A stretch of 64,000 nucleotides of DNA, taken from Dehalococcoidia bacterium (GTDB lineage Bacteria; Chloroflexota; Dehalococcoidia; GIF9; AB-539-J10). The notes under the pieces are model-generated. The model did not search any database. It saw only the letters and a program-made list of their open reading frames with translations, and was not told the origin of the DNA. The stretch lies in contig JALNYR010000001.1 in the NCBI GenBank assembly GCA_023229725.1, forward strand, positions 9,292-73,291, read 5' to 3'. Shown piece after piece: positions 23,814-31,258 of the stretch; positions within the stretch are counted from its first letter, which is position 1, and each line of letters starts with the position of its first letter. Position numbers and translations under genes: made by a program.

Positions 23814-26243
23814 ATGAAGCACATCCCGACCATCTCGCTCGTCATGATCCACAGGCGCGCTGGAGACCGCCTTCTCGAAGCGGTGGGCTCCGCGCTCGAC
23901 CACGTGGACGAGGTCGTGCTCGTCGACACTGGGCCGAACGATGACGACGACGCCGCGAAGGCAGCGCGAAAGTACATCGCGCAGTCCATCGAGCCCGAGT
24001 GCGCAGCGCGCGGCATTAACTTCAAGCAGGTAAATTACCGCGGCCCCGAGTTCCTGCACGACGGCCGGCGCTACACGGCCGACTTCTCCGCAGCGCGGAA
24101 CTTCGCGCACGGCCTCGCGACGAAGGAGTGGGAGTTCTTCCTCGACGCTGACGACATCCTGCAGTGGGACGGCGATTGGAACCTCCGCAAGCTCATCTCC
24201 GAGGTCCACGCGAAGCACCTGGGCGTCGGCGAGATTTCGATGCCCTACGCCTACCAGCCGGGGCTCGAGCAGGATCGAGTGCGCCTGTGGAAAAGGTCGC
24301 TCGGCTGGGAGTGGCGCGGCGCGCTCCACGAGGAGCGGCACCCGCTCGCGCCGGGCCGGTTCACCCGGTGCCAGCTCACGTCGGACGAGGGCTTCTTCGT
24401 CGAGCACCGCGGTGATGGCAAGGCGAGCCACGCGCGGAACGCCGCGCTCCTCAAGCACCTGTGGGACACGGGCCGTTACGACGAGTTCACGCCGCAGATG
24501 GTCTGCGCGTTCTTTGCGCAGATGCTCGACTACAAATACCTGTATATCCTCGACCTGGAAATGCCCGAGGATGCGAGCCGTGACGCGCTCGCGCTCTTCC
24601 ACGCGCTTCGCGCCGAGGCCTGCCGCCGGCTCGGACGCGAGAACGACATGCTCGCCGAGCTGGGCGCCGCGGTCGCGCTCGCGCCGGACGACCGCGCCCA
24701 CTGGGCCGAGCTGGGGCTCGAGTGGGCCAGCTCCGGTCGGGACAACGCCAAGCCCTCGGCCGCGCTCGCGCTCAAGCATGCCTTTCTCGTTCTCCCCGAG
24801 ACGTGGCGCTACCTCGCGCCGACTGGTTGGTTCGAGGGCGAGGCGCGGGAGAAGGCCGCGCGGTTCCTCGCCGACGTCGAGGAGTACGGCGTTGCCAGCC
24901 ACATTGCCGCTGGCAACGACGCCGTCTGGCGAAAGGTGAGCGACGAGATCAAGGCACAGGAGCATCGCGTCCTGCGACGAGGGCGCAAAATGGTTGGGAC
25001 GCCGGTGCGCCGCTTCGACCGCATCGACTTCCTCGTTTCGAGCCCAGTAGAGGGCTGGGGCCCACTCTCCGACAAGGTCGTCGGCGGCTCCGAGCTCGCG
25101 GTTCTCGAGGTTGCGCCACGGCTCGCGCGGCTTGGCATCGAGACGCACGTCTGGGCGCTAGGCCTGGGCACCGACGACGTGGGCGCGAAGGAACACGCGA
25201 TGGGTGGGGGCGTTGTTCTCGGTGCTGCGACGTGGCATGACCTCGCCGACTTCGACCCCTCGACGCCAACGGGCGCCGTCGTCGTGTGGCGAGACGCGCG
25301 CCGCATCCCCGGCTGCCGGGGCTTCGGGCATCCCGTCTGGCTCTGGGCGCACGACATCCCCGAGGTCTTCGGCGCCGAGGGCCTCCACGCCGCCGACAAG
25401 GTCTTCGCGCTCTCGAAGCATCATCTGCGCCGCTTCGCCGAGCTCGGCGTGGACGAGGAGAAGCTCGTTCTCTCGCAGAACGGGCTCGACCCAGGTGACG
25501 TGCAGGAGGCGTGGGACGCCGTGGTCAAGAACGGCGTTCGCGACCCGCACCGAGCCGTTTACTGCTCCTCGGCGAACCGTGGGCTCATGTTGCTTCTCGA
25601 CGCCTGGCCGGCCATTCGACAGCAAGTGCCCGACGCGACGCTCGACGTCTGTTACGGGCTTGAGATGTTCCGGCGCCGCGACACGCCTCCGCGGCTCCGT
25701 GGCTTTGCAGACTGGGTCGAGCAGCGCTGTGCCACGCTCGAGCCCCAGGGCGTCATCTTCCGCGGCGCGACGCCACACGCAGACCTGTTGCGCATCCTCG
25801 GCTCCTCTGGCGTCTGGGCCTACCCTTGCGTCTTCGAGGAGATCTTCTGCATCGCCGCCATCGAGGCGCAGGCGATGGGCTGCTGGCCGGTCACGATCAC
25901 GTCGGCCGCGCTCGCGGAAACGGTACACGGGGGATCCCTCTTGCCGCTGCGACAGCTTCAGGACGAGTGCGACCTTTCCCCTGAGGAACGCGCACTCGGT
26001 GAGGTCTGGACGACCGTGCATCCCGCGAGCCGTGCCTACGTCGAAGCCGTCGCGAACGCGATGTTGAAACCTCCCTTCGTCGCAGACCGAGCCAACTTAT
26101 CTGCTTCCATGCTCTCCATCTACGATTGGGCTCACGTGGCCGCGCATTTCGCGCGAGCCCTTGAGATGGAGAAAAACAATGACGGCTCAAGCCAAGACCT
26201 CGCTCGGACCGCTCGTCTGCGTCGTGACCAACTGCTGCCTTGA
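23814..26243 (+). CDS. bifunctional glycosyltransferase (N-terminal GT-A/GT2-like, central helical region, C-terminal GT-B/GT4-like)
   Basis: 809 aa. ISLVMIHRRAGDRLLEAV...VVLVDTGPNDD...FFLDADDIL (DxD). GGSELAVLEVAPRLARLGIETHVWA ... EEIFCIAAIEAQAMGCWPVT (E-x7-E). Confidence 0.75.
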   Translation: MKHIPTISLVMIHRRAGDRLLEAVGSALDHVDEVVLVDTGPNDDDDAAKAARKYIAQSIEPECAARGINFKQVNYRGPEFLHDGRRYTADFSAARNFAHGLATKEWEFFLDADDILQWDGDWNLRKLISEVHAKHLGVGEISMPYAYQPGLEQDRVRLWKRSLGWEWRGALHEERHPLAPGRFTRCQLTSDEGFFVEHRGDGKASHARNAALLKHLWDTGRYDEFTPQMVCAFFAQMLDYKYLYILDLEMPEDASRDALALFHALRAEACRRLGRENDMLAELGAAVALAPDDRAHWAELGLEWASSGRDNAKPSAALALKHAFLVLPETWRYLAPTGWFEGEAREKAARFLADVEEYGVASHIAAGNDAVWRKVSDEIKAQEHRVLRRGRKMVGTPVRRFDRIDFLVSSPVEGWGPLSDKVVGGSELAVLEVAPRLARLGIETHVWALGLGTDDVGAKEHAMGGGVVLGAATWHDLADFDPSTPTGAVVVWRDARRIPGCRGFGHPVWLWAHDIPEVFGAEGLHAADKVFALSKHHLRRFAELGVDEEKLVLSQNGLDPGDVQEAWDAVVKNGVRDPHRAVYCSSANRGLMLLLDAWPAIRQQVPDATLDVCYGLEMFRRRDTPPRLRGFADWVEQRCATLEPQGVIFRGATPHADLLRILGSSGVWAYPCVFEEIFCIAAIEAQAMGCWPVTITSAALAETVHGGSLLPLRQLQDECDLSPEERALGEVWTTVHPASRAYVEAVANAMLKPPFVADRANLSASMLSIYDWAHVAAHFARALEMEKNNDGSSQDLARTARLRRDQLLP

Positions 26244-26454
26244 GGCGACCAGCATCGTCGGTGTCGCCCATGGCCTCTCGACCACTCCCGACATCATGGC
26301 CGTCCACAAGTACGTGTGGGCCGCGAACGTGACGCTCGGCACGCCCGTGTCGGTGTACGCGGACTCGACCACGCTCTACTTCAGCAACGCGAAGGGCGAC
26401 AAGGCCGTGCTCGTGGACGGCTGGGCCCAGGTGGTCCACACCCTCGTCCGGTAA
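26179..26454 (+). CDS. small hypothetical protein (start uncertain)
   Basis: ATG 26179 would overlap the glycosyltransferase gene by 65 nt. Alternative starts are GTG 26224 and ATG 26299. Beta-rich sequence VHKYVWAANVTLGTPVSVYADSTTLYFSNAKGDKAVLVDGW. Confidence 0.4.
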   Translation: MTAQAKTSLGPLVCVVTNCCLEATSIVGVAHGLSTTPDIMAVHKYVWAANVTLGTPVSVYADSTTLYFSNAKGDKAVLVDGWAQVVHTLVR

Positions 26455-26477
26455 CCGACTGCTCGCGGTCGGTTCAG

Positions 26478-26528
26478 ACGGCCCGTTTCAGGCATAGAAC
26501 CTCCTGCCTGGAGCGGGCCGTTTCATAT
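26478..26528 (+). terminator. intrinsic terminator candidate
   Basis: acggcccg-ttt-caggca / loop tagaacctcc / tgcctg-gag-cgggccgt, followed by ttcatat. Lies between 26454 and the promoter at 26539. Confidence 0.45.
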
Positions 26529-26538
26529 GCAACTCCAG

Positions 26539-26567
26539 TTGCATTCCGCGCATGACCCGACTACGCT
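26539..26567 (+). promoter_or_regulatory. promoter for leaderless mRNA (-35 TTGCAT, 17 nt, -10 TACGCT, 6 nt, ATG 26574)
   Basis: TTGCAT 26539-26544, TACGCT 26562-26567. Confidence 0.5.
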
Positions 26568-26573
26568 CGGGCC

Positions 26574-27338
26574 ATGTCGAACCTCTTGTCGATCTACTGC
26601 TTCTACAAGAACGAGCTGGAGTCGTTCGGCGTCACGGTGCCGACCTGGCTCCCCTTCTTAGAGGGCGGCGGTGAGCTGGTCCTCGTCGACACGGGCTCGA
26701 GCGACCGCTCGCGGGAGTGGGCCGGCGCGCTCGCCGCATCGCCGCAGGTAGCTGCTGCGGGCATCTCGGTGAAGTCGATGGGAGCGCCCTGGCCCGACCC
26801 GATGAACTGGGCCGCCATCACGCAGCAGACGATGGACCTCTGCTCGAGGCCCTGGCGGCTGCGGCTCGACGCCGACGAGAAGCTCGAGGGCGATCCCAAG
26901 GCGCTCGCGAGCGTCTTGCGGAACCTCGAGCAGCTCGCGGTCGACCAGGGCCACAGCGCGCGAGACGGGCTCCTCATGCCCGGCACGTGTCCCGTCGCGC
27001 TCTCGGGGCTCTGTGTCTTCCTCCACGAGCCTGAGACTGGGGTCGAGCAGTACCGCTCGAGGCTCCATCGCGCCGGCTGGACGTGGAAGTACCGCATCGA
27101 CCCGGTGCCAGTGCCGCCGCCCGGAGAGGAAGGCGGCGTCTTCATGCTGCTCCAGAACTGGATCTGCCGCGTCATCCACACGCGGGCCTCCATCCGGCCT
27201 GACGCGCTCGCCCGGGCCGAGGGCGTGCTCGAGCTGGCCGAGCAGCTCGACGGGCCCCTCGACGGGCCGGCGCAGGTCCACTACCAGAACGCCATCGATC
27301 GCGCTCGAATCTACGGGAAGAAGGAAGGTGAGATATGA
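26574..27338 (+). CDS. GT-A/GT2-like glycosyltransferase
   Basis: 254 aa. LSIYCFYKNELESF ... LVLVDTGSSDRS ... RLRLDADEKL. Confidence 0.55.
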   Translation: MSNLLSIYCFYKNELESFGVTVPTWLPFLEGGGELVLVDTGSSDRSREWAGALAASPQVAAAGISVKSMGAPWPDPMNWAAITQQTMDLCSRPWRLRLDADEKLEGDPKALASVLRNLEQLAVDQGHSARDGLLMPGTCPVALSGLCVFLHEPETGVEQYRSRLHRAGWTWKYRIDPVPVPPPGEEGGVFMLLQNWICRVIHTRASIRPDALARAEGVLELAEQLDGPLDGPAQVHYQNAIDRARIYGKKEGEI

Positions 27339-30300
27339 GGTTCGTCACGTTGGTCGAGTGCGACCAGGATATTGCCGCGCTGCTCGAGACGGCGAAGTCG
27401 TCGTGGGACAGGTTCGGCGAGGTGCTCAACGTCTTCCGCGACGACGAGGGAAAGCTCGCCGAACGGCTGAACGCGAGGGTCGCGCACATCGAGGGCCCGG
27501 CCTGGGTCGCGCTCGCCGAGCTGAACGAGGAGTTCGCGGGCGACGGCGAGAACGTGAAGGAGGAGCTCGGCTTCTACGTCGAGCGGCTCTACCGGGAGAA
27601 CGTGCAGCTCACCGCGGCGGCGTCGTGGGTCGGGCAGGACTACGCGACCGCGAAGGCGTACCGGCCCAAGATCTGGTTCGTGCCCGAGGGCTCGACCTTC
27701 GGCGCCGAGTGGGAGTTCCGCTTCGAGGTCGACGTGGTCGTCACCTCGCGCCGGCCCACGGCCGACAACGCGATGTTCTCGGTGACGAAAGAGAACTTCG
27801 CCATCTCTCGAAGGACTTCGATTCGGAGCATCGGTGAAGTCGACCGGCGGCAGGCGATCGTGGCCGCGCTCGGACACGAGCTCACCTGCGCCGAAGAGCA
27901 GCACTACCAGGCCGCGCTCGTGCCGCCGTGGAGCCCGCTCCTCTCCCTCTGCGTCATCGCCCGCGGGGTCGACGAGGCCCTGCTGCGGATGCTCGAGAGC
28001 GTCCGTGGCCACGTCTCCGAGGTCTGCATCCTCTTCACGACCTTCGAGGACCCCGGTGTTGATCTCAGCACGGCAGATGGTTGCTTGCACGACACCGTGG
28101 ACGTGCCGTTGCGGATCGACTGCTGGCACGACCCGCACTCCTTCCAGCAATCCGACGGCACGTGGTGCATCGCGAACTTCGACTGGGCTCGACAGCAGTG
28201 CTTCGGGCTCGCCTCTGGGATGTTCCGCATGTTCCTCGACGCCGACGACACGCTCGAATGGACTGGAGCACCGCCCGCGCCGCCGCTTTGGGACATCGTC
28301 GCGAAGAACTTCCTCGCAGGAGCCAAGCGCGCGTACAGCTCGCGCTCGGTCGCGCTGCCCTACTTCTACGTGGGCAGCGAGCTGAAGGACGCGGCGGTGC
28401 CCGGCATCGCCCAGCCGCGGAGCTGCATCTTCCTGTGGGGGGAGGACGGTCACCCGCTCTGGCGTTGGCACAGGCCGCTTCACGAGCGCGCGGTGCCGAC
28501 CGAGTGGAACGTCGTCTCACGGCACGACAGCGTCGAGCTCCCCGGCGAGATCTTCATCATCCGCCACCACGGCGACGCCGACGTCGGCTCGCACCAGGAG
28601 CGGAACCGCTACATCGCTGAGTGGGCGCTCGAGTATCGCCCCGACCTCTCCGACATGGACCGCGCCGCGCTCGAGTTCGTCCTCGCGACCATCGCGCTCC
28701 GGGAGGATGGGATCGCGGCCGCGGCGCCGCGCTTCGAGCGCGCGATGGAGCTCGGGCAGGGTGACAGCTACGGCCTCGTCGCCGCCATCGACTACGCGAC
28801 CGCGCTCATCGCGGCGCACCGCCCGAAGGACGCGCTCGAGATCGTCATGCCGCGGCTCGACCTCTTCCCGACCGATCAGGGGCTCATGCTCGTCGCGGCG
28901 CGAGCGTACCGCAAGATGCAGCAGCCAGGCCTCGCGCTCAAGTGGTATTGGAAGGCGCTCGCCGAGAAGCCCGAGACGCCGGCCGGCCAGTCGTATCGCT
29001 GCCTCGTCGCTGACGTCGAGTACGCGGCCAGGCTCGAGGCGGTGGACGCCGCGGTGGAGGTGCGGCAGCTCGACGCCGCCGTCACCATCTTGGAGAAGGC
29101 GCCGGCGTCGATCAAGAAGCGCCCGGAGGTCGAGCGGGCCGTGACGAACGTGCGTCGGCTCGCGGGCGACAACATCGCGGCCACCTCCGTGCTCGCGCTC
29201 GTCCACTATCTCCTCTCGCTCGACTGCGTCGACCTCGCCGCGCAGGTGGTCGATTCGCTCACGCCGCAGCTCCTCGAGCTCGAGCCGGTAGTTCGGGCCC
29301 GTCGCGCCGTCGAGCGCCGCTCGCGCCACCTGCGCGACGACGGCGCATACCTCGCGACCTATGACATCCTCAACGAAGCCGACCTCGTCGTGAAGGCGAA
29401 GCGACATCAGGGCTTCCTCCTCGAGCGCATCATCGCCGCGGGGCCCGTCGAGTTCTGGGATGTCGGCTGCAACACCGCTTGGCTCACGATCGCCGTCGCC
29501 CAGGCGCTCCCGAAGTGCCACTGCGTCGGCATTGACATCTCGACAGCGCGGGTCGAGGAGGCGCAGCGTCGCGCCAAGCTCGCGGGCGTCGAGAACGTCG
29601 AGTTCTTCGTGGACGGCGCGGTACCGGAGCGCCCTGATACGTGCAGCAAGATCTTCGTCGACACGTTCGGACCTCGGCTCGTCCTCATCTCCGAGGTGCT
29701 CGAGCACCTGATCTCCCCAATCGACGTGCTCAACTTCTGGCAGTACGAAGGCGGCGCGGACCGCATCATGATCACGGTCCCCGACGTCGAGGCCTACTAC
29801 AACCTCTGGTGGTGGGCGCGGCAGTTGAACGAGCCGCTCTCGCACTCGCAGCGACTGGGCTCCGAGGGCGCCGAGCACGTCCGCTGCTACGACGCGCACC
29901 GCATCGTCGCCGAGTTGCGGGAAGCCGGCTTCGAGCCCGAGCGCGTCGAGCGTGTGGACATCTCGCAGAACCTCGTGGGCGAGGGCGAGCCGGACCAGAG
30001 CCTGCTCTTCGTGGACGCGGTTCGCGGCGCGAGCATGGAGGCCATGGCCGCGCTGCATCCATTCGGCCGCATCGACATCTTCTGCGAGGGCTACGTGCCT
30101 TGGGGCCCGCGCGCCCATCTTGAGGGCTCGGGCGCCACCTCGCGCATGGTCGGCGGCTCGGAGCAGGCCGTCATTCACCTCGCTCCGGAGCTGGCGGCGC
30201 GCGGCTACGAGGTCCACGTCTACGCCGCGCCGATGGAGCGCCGCGGCTTCGAGCGCGGCGTCTGGTGGCATCACCTCGGAGAGTTCGTGCCGTCCGAGCC

Positions 30301-31258
30301 GCGCGACCTCGTCATCGTCTGGCGCCGGGCCGAGCACCTCCATCGCTGCGTCACGGAGGCCGAGGGGCGCTGGCCGGTTTGGCTCTGGTGCCACGACGTG
30401 CCGGACCCGAAGCGCGCCGCGAACTACCGCGTCGCGGACCGCGTCCTCGTGCTCTCGCAGTACCAGCGCGAGCTCTACGCGGCGGTCGGCGTCGCGCAGG
30501 GGAAGCTGGTCGTCCTGCAGAACGGGGTCGACGCCGCCGCGATCGAGGTGGCTCGGACGACTCGCGATCCTGCAGTCGTTACGGCGCGAGAGTTCGACTC
30601 TCGTGCCGTCTTCTACGGCTCCTCGGGCGACCGGGGCCTCCTTCACCTTCTCCGGATGTGGCCGAGCGTGCGAGAGGCCGTGCCCGACGCGCAGCTCATC
30701 TGCACCTACCGCACTGACCTCATGCGCTGGCCGACGAACCCGCCGATCTGGTTCAAGATCGCCGACGAGATTGAACGGCTCGGCCGCGAGCTCCCCGGCG
30801 TCACCTTCTACCCTGGCCTGCCGCACGACGAGTACCTCGCCGCGGCCTCGCGCTGTGGCGTCTGGGCCTACCCGTCGAACTTCGAGGAGATCTCGTGCAT
30901 CGTCGCGATGGAGATGCAGGCCCTCGGCCTCGAGCCCGTCGCAACGGACCTCGCCGCGCTCTCGGAGACCGTCCTCGAGGGCCCGCTCGTCCGGTGGAAC
31001 ATCGTCTCGGACGAGCTCATCGCCGGAGGCGCTCGGAGCGAGGGGGGCACGCTCTGGGTGCCAGACGGCTGTTTCTCCAAGACTTTCCGCGATGTTCTCG
31101 TCGGTGCGCTGCTCGACCCGATGTCAGGGAATGACCGCCTCAAGTTATCCGAGGACGCGCTCGCCCGCTACTCTTGGACCGTGACCGCCCGGCTCTTCGC
31201 CGAGGCGATCGAGGAGTCCAGGCATGGCGACCACCCCCACGAAGAGCCGCGAGAGTGA
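27335..31258 (+). CDS. 1307-aa multidomain enzyme: unknown N-domain, GT-A, TPR-like repeats, class I SAM methyltransferase, GT-B/GT4
   Basis: LSLCVIARGVDEALLRMLESV ... FLDADDTL. Helical repeats aa ~400-700. FWDVGCNTAWLTIAVA ... VGIDIS ... LVLISEVLEHL (MTase motif I and post-I). MVGGSEQAVIHLAPELAARGYEVHVYA ... EEISCIVAMEMQALGLEPV. Confidence 0.75.
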   Translation: MRFVTLVECDQDIAALLETAKSSWDRFGEVLNVFRDDEGKLAERLNARVAHIEGPAWVALAELNEEFAGDGENVKEELGFYVERLYRENVQLTAAASWVGQDYATAKAYRPKIWFVPEGSTFGAEWEFRFEVDVVVTSRRPTADNAMFSVTKENFAISRRTSIRSIGEVDRRQAIVAALGHELTCAEEQHYQAALVPPWSPLLSLCVIARGVDEALLRMLESVRGHVSEVCILFTTFEDPGVDLSTADGCLHDTVDVPLRIDCWHDPHSFQQSDGTWCIANFDWARQQCFGLASGMFRMFLDADDTLEWTGAPPAPPLWDIVAKNFLAGAKRAYSSRSVALPYFYVGSELKDAAVPGIAQPRSCIFLWGEDGHPLWRWHRPLHERAVPTEWNVVSRHDSVELPGEIFIIRHHGDADVGSHQERNRYIAEWALEYRPDLSDMDRAALEFVLATIALREDGIAAAAPRFERAMELGQGDSYGLVAAIDYATALIAAHRPKDALEIVMPRLDLFPTDQGLMLVAARAYRKMQQPGLALKWYWKALAEKPETPAGQSYRCLVADVEYAARLEAVDAAVEVRQLDAAVTILEKAPASIKKRPEVERAVTNVRRLAGDNIAATSVLALVHYLLSLDCVDLAAQVVDSLTPQLLELEPVVRARRAVERRSRHLRDDGAYLATYDILNEADLVVKAKRHQGFLLERIIAAGPVEFWDVGCNTAWLTIAVAQALPKCHCVGIDISTARVEEAQRRAKLAGVENVEFFVDGAVPERPDTCSKIFVDTFGPRLVLISEVLEHLISPIDVLNFWQYEGGADRIMITVPDVEAYYNLWWWARQLNEPLSHSQRLGSEGAEHVRCYDAHRIVAELREAGFEPERVERVDISQNLVGEGEPDQSLLFVDAVRGASMEAMAALHPFGRIDIFCEGYVPWGPRAHLEGSGATSRMVGGSEQAVIHLAPELAARGYEVHVYAAPMERRGFERGVWWHHLGEFVPSEPRDLVIVWRRAEHLHRCVTEAEGRWPVWLWCHDVPDPKRAANYRVADRVLVLSQYQRELYAAVGVAQGKLVVLQNGVDAAAIEVARTTRDPAVVTAREFDSRAVFYGSSGDRGLLHLLRMWPSVREAVPDAQLICTYRTDLMRWPTNPPIWFKIADEIERLGRELPGVTFYPGLPHDEYLAAASRCGVWAYPSNFEEISCIVAMEMQALGLEPVATDLAALSETVLEGPLVRWNIVSDELIAGGARSEGGTLWVPDGCFSKTFRDVLVGALLDPMSGNDRLKLSEDALARYSWTVTARLFAEAIEESRHGDHPHEEPRE

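Noticed and set aside
28517-30826. 769-aa minus-strand ORF, plus 23784..25148 (-) and 31140..32933 (-), antisense to the glycosyltransferase and repeat genes
   Set aside because: The plus strand carries clear GT-A, MTase and GT-B motifs and in-frame repeats. The antisense translations are Arg/Asp/Val/Gly-rich without motifs.
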